DNA from: Candidatus Saccharimonadales bacterium
GTDB lineage: Bacteria > Patescibacteriota > Saccharimonadia > Saccharimonadales > UBA10212
NCBI GenBank assembly: GCA_049521895.1
Contig: JBEKOJ010000001.1
Location: 354,717-418,716, forward strand
Direction of reading: 5' to 3'
DNA: 64,000 bases
In this document: positions 1-8,017 of the stretch, piece after piece
How positions within the stretch are numbered: position 1 is the stretch's first letter
Layout: every line of letters starts with the position of its first letter
Position numbers and translations under genes: made by a program
Notes under the pieces: generated by a model
Database searches by the model: none
Told to the model about the DNA's origin: nothing
The model's input: only the letters and a program-made list of their open reading frames with translations

Positions 1-107
1 AACAATAACTATGATGACGATGGCAATTACCATAATTTAGACTTTACTCCTTTACCCACTTTATAGCCCTTATTATACATCTGGGGAGCTATATTAAATA
101 GCGGAAA

Positions 108-1331
108 GTGTATGATAAAAACATAAGAGGAATTTACGGATTGCGCCAAAAGTTAAGACTCGGGTGGTTGCTGGCGGTGATAGTGCTGGCGGTAATTGGT
201 TTGGTGATTTTTGACTATACCCGACCCCTACCACTAATACGCCCGCAAGCCCAGACACCTAGCCCGATAGCCGCCCAAGCTATTGACTTACCGTGGCCAA
301 CTGGCGGACAAGCAGCTATTGGCGCCGTTGGTTTTGGGGTACTGGCTACAAACCACACCGAGCAAGCTATACCAATGGCCAGCGTAGCTAAAATCATTAC
401 CGCGCTGGCTGTGCTTAAACAAAAGCCCCTGGAGCTGGGCCAGCAAGGACCGACGATTACTTTCGATAGCACGGATGTATCTTATTACCAAACTTATGCT
501 GCCGAGGGCGGTTCTGTGGCAAAAGTTGTCATCGGCGAAAATATCAGTGAATATCAAGTGCTCCAGACCATGCTGCTACCCTCAGCCAATAACATCGCTG
601 AGAGTTTGGCGCGCTGGGCTTTTGGCTCGCCTAACGCCTACATTGCCTACGTCAACCAGTTCGTAAAAACTCTGGGCATGACCCAGACAAACGTGGCCGA
701 TGCCAGCGGTTTTGTATCGCAAACCACCAGCACAGCCAAGGACTTGGTGATCTTGGGCGAGGCGGCAATGAATAATTCTGTTTTAGCGCAAATCGTCGGC
801 CAGAGCCAAGCCACGGTGCCGGTTGCCGGGACGGTTGATAATACAAATTGGTTGCTGGGCAGCGACGGTTTTGTGGGCATTAAAACCGGCAATACCGACC
901 AAGATCCCGGCTGTTATTTGTTTGCTGTTAGCCAGATATTTGGTGGCCAGCCGCTGTATATAGTTGGAGCGGTTATGGGCATGCCCACACTCACAGATGC
1001 GATAAGCAATGGGCGCACTTTGGCTGATGCCGCCAAAACAAGTTTTAGCAACCCGACTATTGTAAAAGCTGGCCAAATAATCGGTGCATACAAATTGCCC
1101 TGGGGCGGCAGTATACAAGCTGTGGCCCAAAAAGATTTAGCGGTTGTTACTTGGAAAGGCGTACAAATAACACCTATAGTGAGTTTGAATCCACTGCATG
1201 CATCAGCCGCGGCTGGAATGCAAATTGGTACTTTGAGCGCAGCTTCTGGCCAAGAAACAGTTAGCGTACCGGTGGTCATTAAGCAGGCTGTTCCTAAACC
1301 TCCCCTTCTCTGGCGCCTATTCCGTCTATAA
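108..1331 (+). CDS. serine-type D-Ala-D-Ala carboxypeptidase (peptidase S11, PBP5-like)
   Basis: 407-aa ORF with GTG start and N-terminal membrane anchor; SxxK (SVAK), SxN (SAN) and KTG (KTGN) motifs in canonical order. Confidence 0.85.
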   Translation: MYDKNIRGIYGLRQKLRLGWLLAVIVLAVIGLVIFDYTRPLPLIRPQAQTPSPIAAQAIDLPWPTGGQAAIGAVGFGVLATNHTEQAIPMASVAKIITALAVLKQKPLELGQQGPTITFDSTDVSYYQTYAAEGGSVAKVVIGENISEYQVLQTMLLPSANNIAESLARWAFGSPNAYIAYVNQFVKTLGMTQTNVADASGFVSQTTSTAKDLVILGEAAMNNSVLAQIVGQSQATVPVAGTVDNTNWLLGSDGFVGIKTGNTDQDPGCYLFAVSQIFGGQPLYIVGAVMGMPTLTDAISNGRTLADAAKTSFSNPTIVKAGQIIGAYKLPWGGSIQAVAQKDLAVVTWKGVQITPIVSLNPLHASAAAGMQIGTLSAASGQETVSVPVVIKQAVPKPPLLWRLFRL

Positions 1332-1350
1332 TACTTGACTTGTTAAGTAT
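1330..1350 (+). promoter_or_regulatory. palindromic box AATACTTGACTTGTTAAGTAT, identical to the box upstream of marR
   Basis: 21/21 nt identical to reverse complement of 47755-47775; 9-2-9 inverted repeat ATACTTGAC-TT-GTTAAGTAT; overlaps the stop codon of the preceding CDS. Confidence 0.55.
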
Positions 1351-1367
1351 TTTATTCCCTGTAGAAA

Positions 1368-1376
1368 TGTTAGAAT
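1368..1376 (+). promoter_or_regulatory. extended -10 element TGTTAGAAT (candidate promoter of the leader/tRNA-Leu transcript)
   Basis: TGnTAGAAT about 135 nt upstream of the tRNA; no convincing -35. Confidence 0.35.
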
Positions 1377-1423
1377 GAATCTGGTCTTAATCAATTTTAC
1401 GAGCCAAGCAGACACTTGCATGT

Positions 1424-1509
1424 AAAATTGAGAGGAGGAAGCGAGCCGAGGCTGGAAGTAAGCAAGTGTTAACGCGCTTACGGAAGCCGTTGTCTCGATT
1501 CCGACGAAG
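1424..1509 (+). other. conserved structured 5' leader (copy L1) abutting tRNA-Leu
   Basis: AAAATTGAGAGGAGG...GATTCCGACGAAGG; homologous to 8308-8390(-) and 47092-47173(-); GGAAGCGAG pairs with CUCGAUUCC; central hairpin GUAAGC/GCUUAC. Confidence 0.6.
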
Positions 1510-1596
1510 GGGCGAATGGCGGAATTGGTAGACGCGCTAGCTTCAGGAGCTAGTGTTCGCAAGAACGTGGAGGTTCAAGTCCTCTTTCGCCCACCA
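1510..1596 (+). tRNA. tRNA-Leu (anticodon CAG)
   Basis: Acceptor GGGCGAA/TTCGCCC, anticodon loop TTCAGGA, long variable arm, T-loop TTCAAGT, encoded CCA. Confidence 0.85.
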
Positions 1597-1669
1597 TGCC
1601 AGAACAAATTTTTCAAAAAGGGGCCGTGTTATCATGATTAGCGAAAACAATTTTCAGGGGGAATAACAG

Positions 1670-3301
1670 TTGAGTAAGGTCGCGCATTATTTACAAGAGC
1701 ATCTGTTGGGGGAAGTGACTGATAGCCCTGAGGTACGTCGGTATTTCTCTCAGGATGCCAGCATTTTGCGCCTAGTGCCGTCTATTGTGGTCTACCCCAG
1801 AAACGAGAGTGATGTGCGCAAGACTGCGCGCTTTAGCTGGCAGTTAGCGGAACGCAAGCGTATCTTACCTATAACTGCCCGCGGCGGCGGCAGCGACACC
1901 TCCGGTGCGGCTATTGGCAGCGGCATTTTGCTGGTCTTCACCACCCACATGAACAAAATCCTGACACTGGATCCGCGCAAAAATTTTGTAACTCTGGAGC
2001 CGGGAGTTACTTACGATAAGCTGGAGCAAACCCTTTATACGCACGGGTTATTTTTGCCTCCCTACCCCAGTTCCAAGCAATACGCTACTATTGGCGGCGG
2101 CCTAGCTAACAATGCCATGGGCGAAAAATCAGTTAAGTATGGTTCTATTGGTGACTATGTGGAACGATTAAGAATTGTACTGACTAACGGCGAGGTTGTT
2201 GAGACCGGTCCTTTGGGCAAGCGTGAGCTTAACCGCAAGCTCGGCTTATCAACTTTTGAAGGCGAGATTTATCGCGGTTTGGACAAATTGCTGGAAGAGA
2301 ATGCTGATTTCATCAAGCGTGAGAAAGGCCAGATAAAGACCCGCTGGAATGCCGCTGGATATAACATTTTTGACATCAAAAAGAAGGGTCATTTTAATTT
2401 AACACCCTTGATTTTGGGCTCACAAGGTACGCTAGGTATCATTACTGAAGCAACTTTAGGAGTGGTCGCCTACAATCCCAGGACCTACTTACTGTTGGCA
2501 AGCTTGGACAACTTGGAAGCTATGGATGGGATTATACCCAAGATACTTGAGCTTAAGCCCAGCAGTTTTGAGATGATAAACCAGGCTGCCATAGGCCACG
2601 TCACAATGATCAGCCCGCCTCAGTTATCGGGGCTGCTGGAGAACCCGGCGGCGGTTATACATTTGTTTATCGAGTTTGATAACCTTAAAGATAGCAGCCA
2701 GAAACACAGCATAAAGAAAGCTAAGAAAATTATCGAGCAGGCTGGCGGCCACACGCAAATAACAAATAATCCTAACGCCCAGGAAAAACTTTGGAAAGTC
2801 CGGCAAAGCGTAGCCACAATTTTAAGCGAACCCCAGAATCAGGCCAAAGCCGTGCCCGTAGCCGAAGATATTAGCGTGCCAACCGATCGTTTGGTGGAGT
2901 TTTTGCAGCGAGCCTCGGCAATTTATGAGCAAAATGGACTGACGGCTAGCGCGTGGGGACACGCTGGTGACGGTATCGTCCGTATGCAACCAGTGTTAGA
3001 TTTATCACAACTGGGCGATAGACAGAGGTTATTTAAGCTAGCCGATTCTATGTACGATTTAGCTATCGAACTGGGGGGATCCATAACCGCGTCTGCGGGC
3101 GACGGCCGGGTACGCAGCCCTTATAGCCGTAAGCTCTACAGTAGCGGTCTGCATGACATAATGCTGCAGGTCAAGAAAATTTTTGACCCGCACGGCATCC
3201 TCAATCCCGGCGTAAAAACGGCCACCATGGACGATGTCCGGGCTTTAATGCGCAGTGATTACAATTTGGGCCATCGCCACGAGCACCTGCCGGGAAGCTA
3301 A
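1670..3301 (+). CDS. FAD-binding oxidoreductase (GlcD / D-lactate dehydrogenase family)
   Basis: 543 aa, TTG start; N-terminal FAD-binding PCMH-type region (RGGGSDTSGAA) plus C-terminal FAD-linked oxidase-like region. Confidence 0.75.
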   Translation: MSKVAHYLQEHLLGEVTDSPEVRRYFSQDASILRLVPSIVVYPRNESDVRKTARFSWQLAERKRILPITARGGGSDTSGAAIGSGILLVFTTHMNKILTLDPRKNFVTLEPGVTYDKLEQTLYTHGLFLPPYPSSKQYATIGGGLANNAMGEKSVKYGSIGDYVERLRIVLTNGEVVETGPLGKRELNRKLGLSTFEGEIYRGLDKLLEENADFIKREKGQIKTRWNAAGYNIFDIKKKGHFNLTPLILGSQGTLGIITEATLGVVAYNPRTYLLLASLDNLEAMDGIIPKILELKPSSFEMINQAAIGHVTMISPPQLSGLLENPAAVIHLFIEFDNLKDSSQKHSIKKAKKIIEQAGGHTQITNNPNAQEKLWKVRQSVATILSEPQNQAKAVPVAEDISVPTDRLVEFLQRASAIYEQNGLTASAWGHAGDGIVRMQPVLDLSQLGDRQRLFKLADSMYDLAIELGGSITASAGDGRVRSPYSRKLYSSGLHDIMLQVKKIFDPHGILNPGVKTATMDDVRALMRSDYNLGHRHEHLPGS

Positions 3302-3303
3302 AG

Positions 3304-3549
3304 ATGTACACATTTATAGGAATTATTGGGGCAATTTTGGTGCTGTTTGGTTTTTATCGCATCAGCATCGGCAAATGGACTGGCAAATCGCGCTTGTATG
3401 AACTGGACAATCTGGTTGGCGCGGTCATGATTACAATTTATCAGCTGCACTTTAGGGTTTACGTAACGGTAATATTGAATATCATTTGGGCTATAGTCGC
3501 CCTGCATGGCTTAACATCTTACAGGGAACGCCGCCAAAAACGCAAATAG
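3304..3549 (+). CDS. small integral membrane protein, function unknown
   Basis: 81 aa, starts 3 nt after upstream stop, three hydrophobic helices, basic C-terminus. Confidence 0.45.
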   Translation: MYTFIGIIGAILVLFGFYRISIGKWTGKSRLYELDNLVGAVMITIYQLHFRVYVTVILNIIWAIVALHGLTSYRERRQKRK

Positions 3550-3635
3550 TGGTGGGCGAGGTGGGATTCGAACCCACAACCCCTTTCGGGGCACGGATTT
3601 TAAGTCCGCTCTGTAAACCATTCCAGCACTCGCCC
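3550..3635 (-). tRNA. tRNA-Leu (anticodon TAA)
   Basis: Reverse complement folds as GGGCGAG..CTCGCCC-A-CCA, anticodon loop CTTAAAA, long variable arm, T-loop TTCGAAT. Confidence 0.85.
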
Positions 3636-3709
3636 TGGAGGCGCGTACGGGTAATGCTCCCGTCTAATGGGTTTTGCAGACCCATGCCTAACTTCTCGGC
3701 CAACGCGCC
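3636..3709 (-). tRNA. tRNA-Cys (anticodon GCA), non-canonical T-loop
   Basis: Acceptor GGCGCGT/ACGCGCC 7/7; anticodon stem TGGGT/ACCCA with loop CTGCAAA; T-stem ACGGG/CCCGT; discriminator U73 plus CCA. T-loop is AGCATTA rather than TTCRAnn, and the D-loop lacks GG. Confidence 0.6.
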
Positions 3710-3749
3710 ATCGTCGGAACACCGACAAGGACATAACAATTATATACCA
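3710..3749 (-). promoter_or_regulatory. promoter (TGgTATATAAT) plus short leader hairpin ending in GTTCCGACGAT before tRNA-Cys
   Basis: Minus-strand read: TGGTATATAAT-tgttatgtcctt-GTCGG-TGTT-CCGAC-GAT followed directly by the tRNA 5' end. Confidence 0.45.
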
Positions 3750-3837
3750 GATATCCACATCTATTAGTTGCGCAAATGCCAAATAAGAGCTATTGTTTAG
3801 ACACAATCATTAAAAAGTGGTGGGCTAGGAGGGTCTA

Positions 3838-3969
3838 ATGGAAGTCGTCTGGCAATGGAACTCGCCCATCGCGCTCAGTATCTTCTTTGTGGGTATGACA
3901 TTGAGTCTTGCCTTAGTCAGCTGGGCATTAAAAACATTCAGAGACATCGGTCCGCCCCGCCGCCGCTAA
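3838..3969 (+). CDS. 43-aa small membrane protein (below the ORF-track length cutoff)
   Basis: GGAGG 6 nt upstream of ATG; MEVVWQWNSPIALSIFFVGMTLSLALVSWALKTFRDIGPPRRR; one TM helix with basic tail; palindrome and terminator follow. Confidence 0.5.
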   Translation: MEVVWQWNSPIALSIFFVGMTLSLALVSWALKTFRDIGPPRRR

Positions 3970-3988
3970 AGTTAAAGCGCTTTAACTT

Positions 3989-4022
3989 AAAAATCTCGCT
4001 CACAGCTTGGGCGAGATTTTTT
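3989..4022. terminator. intrinsic terminator, bidirectional shape
   Basis: AAAAATCTCGC-tcacagcttgg-GCGAGATTTTTT. Confidence 0.6.
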
Positions 4023-4150
4023 GGTACAGCAAGTGAGTAAAAGTTTACACCTTATTAGAGACGAGATGGTTCGTTGAAGGAAGACATTAGATATTTTTTT
4101 ATCAAGAATACCTATACACTAAACCCCATTGAGTAAGAGCAGTGAGTTAC
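4021..4150. repeat. intergenic repeat family, copy R-a (degenerate)
   Basis: TGGTACAGCAAGTGAGTAAAAGTTTACACCTTATTAG... aligns with 6464-6595 and 7170-7304. Confidence 0.55.
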
Positions 4151-4222
4151 GTGCTTAGAGCCATTGTTGAAACGAAGGAACGGGGCGTTGTAAGTACTTG
4201 CCAATGGGAATAGAATTTTATT

Positions 4223-4807
4223 ATGAAAAGAAGCTTGGCTCTGTTTTTTGTAGCTGTATCTATAGTTATTTTGTTTACCCCAAACTTAGTTAGGGCGCAG
4301 AGTGCTTCGGATGCTTTCAGCCAGTACACTGACCCTCATGCCATATGCGATTACTACAGGAGCGGCCAAGCAGATATCACGACGGCCAACGGTATAGTTC
4401 ATCCTGTTATCGAAAGAGAATCAAATAACGAATGCTTGGTTAGCATTGGGTCTGGTAAGTCAAAAACCTTCACTCAATACTATTATTCTGGGGATAACTG
4501 GTGCTACAAACTTTATTCAGGAAGCGAGGTTGTTTCTAGTTTATGCGTCCAAAGACCGAACAAATCTATAGATCTTACGAAGTATAAATCTTATATCATC
4601 GGCGGGGTGATAGTATTCGCCTTCGTTATTACCATGGGCGCTATATCTGGTAACAAACCACCCGTTATCCCCGAACAGCCAGCAACCGAGAATACCCCGA
4701 CATACAGCCAACCCAAGTCAGTTCGTAGCAAGGTGGCGAGGCCCAAAAAGAGAGGCCGCATCTGGCCTGAGCTCAGTCGCTGGCTCAAGCTCGGCCGCAA
4801 AAAATAG
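4223..4807 (+). CDS. secreted / C-terminally membrane-anchored hypothetical protein
   Basis: 194 aa; signal peptide ending VRAQS; Cys-containing ectodomain; one TM helix near the C-terminus; Lys/Arg-rich tail. Confidence 0.6.
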   Translation: MKRSLALFFVAVSIVILFTPNLVRAQSASDAFSQYTDPHAICDYYRSGQADITTANGIVHPVIERESNNECLVSIGSGKSKTFTQYYYSGDNWCYKLYSGSEVVSSLCVQRPNKSIDLTKYKSYIIGGVIVFAFVITMGAISGNKPPVIPEQPATENTPTYSQPKSVRSKVARPKKRGRIWPELSRWLKLGRKK

Positions 4808-4827
4808 CAGGTTTCTACCCCGGGATG

Positions 4828-4856
4828 AAAAGAACACCTGTACAGGTGTTCTTTTC
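4828..4856. terminator. intrinsic terminator
   Basis: GAAAAGAACACCTG-ta-CAGGTGTTCTTTTC. Confidence 0.7.
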
Positions 4857-4872
4857 AAGAAGCTTGCGATAA

Positions 4873-4902
4873 TGGCGCAGTAAGTAGGAAAAAGTTTACA
4901 CG
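4873..4902. repeat. intergenic repeat family, copy R-b (short)
   Basis: TGGCGCAGTAAGTAGGAAAAAGTTTACACG matches the 5' block of R-c/R-d. Confidence 0.45.
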
Positions 4903-4974
4903 AACTAACGCAGCACCACGGCCAGAAGGCCGTAAGATCATACGCTGACTAAATCAGATACGGGTCTAGACCTA

Positions 4975-5685
4975 TTATTGAATCAGTGTGGACGTGGCCG
5001 GCGCTGTGATTGTGACTGATTCATAGGACACAGTCATGTCAGTGGTGGCACCAGCGCTATCTTCTGAAGTTAGACTCTGAAGCCGGTAGTTCTTGGTGTC
5101 AAACCAGAAGAATGTAGTTGTGCCAGTTTGAGTCGGATCAACTTCTTGATACTTGTAACAAGTTAATGTTCCACAGGAAACCTTACTGATGTAGTTATAT
5201 TTCACCTTTTTGGCAGCTTGGGTTTTGAAGTCAGGCTTAAGACTATCGCCAGGGTTAGTCACAGCTGGCGCGGACGTAGATCCTGCAGCGTATCTGTACC
5301 AAGTCGTGGTATTTGGAAGTTCAACATAGGTCGTTCCGGCAGATTTAATGATATCACCTGAAGAGGTGATGTATGAAAGTCCGCCATTACCATCAGATTC
5401 AATCGTTATAGTATCGGCACTGCCGGATTTAGGGGTCGTTTTGATGACTAGCTTATATGGCTTGTTAGTTAATGTGAAAAGGGCGCCAAAATCACAGAGC
5501 TTGGTATCGTTATACGATTTCAAGCAGCTGCTTTGAACAACTTTTTGAGCGGCATTGAGCTTTGGGCTAGAGTTCTTCTTCCATACTACCCAGCCAACTA
5601 GGCCGATGACGACAATCACTGCGATTACTAATAATAATTCTAAGGAATGAAATCCTTGCTGATTTTTACGGAGTTTGCGGTTCAT
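4975..5685 (-). CDS. type IV pilin-like protein (prepilin N-terminal cleavage/methylation motif)
   Basis: Start moved to MNRKLRKNQQ (GAGGTGG upstream); QQG/FHSLE with Glu at +5 followed by a hydrophobic helix; variable C-terminal domain with Cys pair. Confidence 0.7.
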   Translation of the reverse strand: MNRKLRKNQQGFHSLELLLVIAVIVVIGLVGWVVWKKNSSPKLNAAQKVVQSSCLKSYNDTKLCDFGALFTLTNKPYKLVIKTTPKSGSADTITIESDGNGGLSYITSSGDIIKSAGTTYVELPNTTTWYRYAAGSTSAPAVTNPGDSLKPDFKTQAAKKVKYNYISKVSCGTLTCYKYQEVDPTQTGTTTFFWFDTKNYRLQSLTSEDSAGATTDMTVSYESVTITAPATSTLIQ

Positions 5686-5787
5686 GATTTGCCCACCTCG
5701 CTTATGTTTACTTAAGGATAACTGTACTCTGCCTGTGTAGTAAGTCAATAGAGATGGTTATAACCCCTATGGCAGGCTATTAACAAT

Positions 5788-6393
5788 CTAGTATGCGGTT
5801 AGGTGGTTTACTATGTTAGCGAAATCTTGGGTGGTCTGTGTTTGGAGTGCAGTATCGTCGCACTCATTTGAAGCATCAAAATATATGTAATAATAGTTCC
5901 CCACTTTTGAGTAAGCGGGTGGCAGGGTGTTAGATGCTGCAAAATCTTGGCTGAGATATTCCTGCGCAGCCTCTGGAGTAGGGCTTTCTGGCGCGACATT
6001 GTCTGTTGGTAAGTACTTGCCTATATACCCCGCTGCACCGGCTGCAGTCGTACACATTGATGGACCGCCAGCATTGAGTTCAGCCGAACTAACATTCATT
6101 CTGTTTGATGAACTACTGTCTGGTTGATATTGAAGTGTCAAGGAACCACTGTATGGTGCCCTAACGCTCCATTGACTTATGGTGAAGTAATTAACGGCGG
6201 GTGTCGCAGTCTTTGTAGGCGAAGCAGCGGTTTTTGATGGAGCTGAGCTATTAGCTGCGGTAGTTGAAGTCGTTGCCTTGTGATGGTTCTTGTACACCAT
6301 CCAACCGACTACACCCAGCAGCACAACAATTATTAAAACTAACAGTATCTCAACTACTCCAAAACCCTGTTTATTTTTTTTCAATTTAGTCAT
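5788..6393 (-). CDS. type IV pilin-like protein
   Basis: MTKLKKNKQG/FGVVEILLVLIIVVLLGVVGW: Gly-Phe cleavage site, Glu+5, hydrophobic helix; S/T/A-rich linker. Confidence 0.7.
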   Translation of the reverse strand: MTKLKKNKQGFGVVEILLVLIIVVLLGVVGWMVYKNHHKATTSTTAANSSAPSKTAASPTKTATPAVNYFTISQWSVRAPYSGSLTLQYQPDSSSSNRMNVSSAELNAGGPSMCTTAAGAAGYIGKYLPTDNVAPESPTPEAAQEYLSQDFAASNTLPPAYSKVGNYYYIYFDASNECDDTALQTQTTQDFANIVNHLTAY

Positions 6394-6424
6394 TTTGGTT
6401 TAAGCATAAGCTTAGAGATAATTT

Positions 6425-6458
6425 TTTGCAACAAATAGACCCCTTTTCTACAGAGGCC
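6425..6458 (-). terminator. terminator-like hairpin at the end of repeat R-c
   Basis: Minus strand: GGCCUCU-guagaaa-AGGGGUC followed by a U-rich tract. Confidence 0.4.
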
Positions 6459-6463
6459 AAAGT

Positions 6464-6595
6464 GCTTATGCTTGGTGCAGTTAGTGGGTAAAAACTTACA
6501 CGCTATTAGGGATGAGATAGTTCGCTGGAGGAAGATTTTGGAAGTGCCGTATCAGGAGTACTTGTTGGGTAAGTAAGAGTTGGAAATTACACCGA
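6464..6595. repeat. intergenic repeat family, copy R-c
   Basis: GCTTATGCTTGGTGCAG...CGCTGGAGGAAGATTTTGGAAGTGCCGTATCAG...; first 14 nt equal the tRNA-Gly 3' end plus trailer. Confidence 0.7.
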
Positions 6596-7114
6596 CTAAA
6601 AACCCTTAACACTCCTAAAAGTTCTTTCACCTACCTTATCTCTACCTGTATAGAACAGTTGCTCTTTTTCCTCATTAAGATATGCAGCTATGATAGTGCC
6701 AAAGAATACGTAATGGTCAGCTGGCTTAGCATAGCTATGCAGACGACACTCAAAGTTCACACGAGCGTCGGCGAGTAGCGGTGTTTTACCAATAGTACCT
6801 GGAAGGGTAGCAATGCCTGATTCTGCAAATTTATCTACATCTGCTCCGCTTACAGAACCAAAGTACTCTAATTGGCGACGTAATTCAGGACTTGGCACAG
6901 CAATGACAAACTCCTTGCTTTCTAGAATCAACTTATGGGTGTTATTTGTATCTTGCAATGCTACCGCCAGTGTGGGCGGTTTGTATGAACACTTCATATT
7001 CCAGCCAGCAGCCATGCCGTTTGGCTTACCATTAGCGTCAACTGAAAGCACAAAAACAGTTGGTTCAATTAAACTACGTCTCATTGCATATACAATATCG
7101 GTCTGGGGTTTCAT
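6596..7114 (-). CDS. flavin reductase-like (FMN-binding split-barrel) protein
   Basis: 172 aa with the length and pattern of the flavin reductase domain family (NGMAAGW...FVIAVP). Confidence 0.7.
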   Translation of the reverse strand: MKPQTDIVYAMRRSLIEPTVFVLSVDANGKPNGMAAGWNMKCSYKPPTLAVALQDTNNTHKLILESKEFVIAVPSPELRRQLEYFGSVSGADVDKFAESGIATLPGTIGKTPLLADARVNFECRLHSYAKPADHYVFFGTIIAAYLNEEKEQLFYTGRDKVGERTFRSVKGF

Positions 7115-7138
7115 GGCTATAGCATAGCAAAACTAACA

Positions 7139-7164
7139 GAAAAAGACCCCTTATCACAGAGGTC
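7139..7164 (-). terminator. intrinsic terminator at the end of repeat R-d
   Basis: Minus strand: GACCUCU-gugaua-AGGGGUC-UUUUU. Confidence 0.55.
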
Positions 7165-7169
7165 ATATT

Positions 7170-7304
7170 GCTTATGCTTGGTGCAGCAAGTAGGAAAATC
7201 TTTACACCTTATCAGGAATGAAATGGCTCGCTGGAGGAAGATTTTGGAAGTGCCGTATCAGAAGCATCTACTAGCTAAGTAGGAGTTGGGGGTTACACGA
7301 GTAG
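7170..7304. repeat. intergenic repeat family, copy R-d
   Basis: Aligns along about 135 nt with R-c, including a 34-nt perfect block CGCTGGAGGAAGATTTTGGAAGTGCCGTATCAG. Confidence 0.7.
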
Positions 7305-7318
7305 TAAGTGGTTCGATT

Positions 7319-7978
7319 CTATTGCTTATAGAAGGACTTAGCTATCAGTAAAGCGGTTTTAGCATCAGTCGAACTAAACCAACTATCTGCCTGAGTTGCC
7401 GTAAACTGTGTATTAGTATTGTCGTATGCCGCCAAAGATGCCGAGCTGCTCCCTGATGTGTAATCCAAGTACCCTACATTATCCGTTGTGCTACCGCTAG
7501 TTAATGAGTACTGCTGAATAAGTGTAGAATCTATCAGATAGTAAATCGGTGTATTTGTGGCAGTATAGTAGCCGCCAACCACCTTTAAGGCGGAATTGGA
7601 TTTTGCGAGCGAGTCAATACTTGTTGTATGGAAAGTCTGGGGTCCCCCAAAGTCAGATGAAGGATTAGAATACACTACCTGAACTGATTTTGATGGATTT
7701 TCGACTTGTGTATTAATAGAAACACCGCTTGTGAGCGTCCAATCCGACGGATACTGAAAACACTCTTTGGTACTTACATTGCAGTATGTTTTCCAGCCAG
7801 TATATGGATTCGCTTCAGTGGCCGCGGTCGCTGCACTTGTGCTGCTTGCAGTATTAAGAGTTTTGTCTGTGACGTTCTTAGTATGATAGACATACCATCC
7901 TATGAAACCTATCAAACCAATGATAATTACGATGAGCAATCCTTCGATTGCCCCGAATCCTTTTTGATTGTTTTTCAT
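7319..7978 (-). CDS. type IV pilin-like protein
   Basis: MKNNQKG/FGAIEGLLIVIIIGLIGFIGW: Gly-Phe site, Glu+5, hydrophobic helix. Confidence 0.7.
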   Translation of the reverse strand: MKNNQKGFGAIEGLLIVIIIGLIGFIGWYVYHTKNVTDKTLNTASSTSAATAATEANPYTGWKTYCNVSTKECFQYPSDWTLTSGVSINTQVENPSKSVQVVYSNPSSDFGGPQTFHTTSIDSLAKSNSALKVVGGYYTATNTPIYYLIDSTLIQQYSLTSGSTTDNVGYLDYTSGSSSASLAAYDNTNTQFTATQADSWFSSTDAKTALLIAKSFYKQ

Positions 7979-8017
7979 AAATCAATAGTACCAGAAATAT
8001 ACGAAAACACTTATGCT

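Noticed and set aside
1424-1509. GAGAGGAGG in the L1-L3 leaders as a Shine-Dalgarno for a micro-ORF
   Set aside because: None of the three copies has ATG, GTG or TTG within 4-12 nt downstream, and no common reading frame exists.
3486-3806. ORFs 3486-3767(+), 3491-3739(-), 3600-3806(-)
   Set aside because: They overlap tRNA-Leu and tRNA-Cys and their promoter, and have no coding features.
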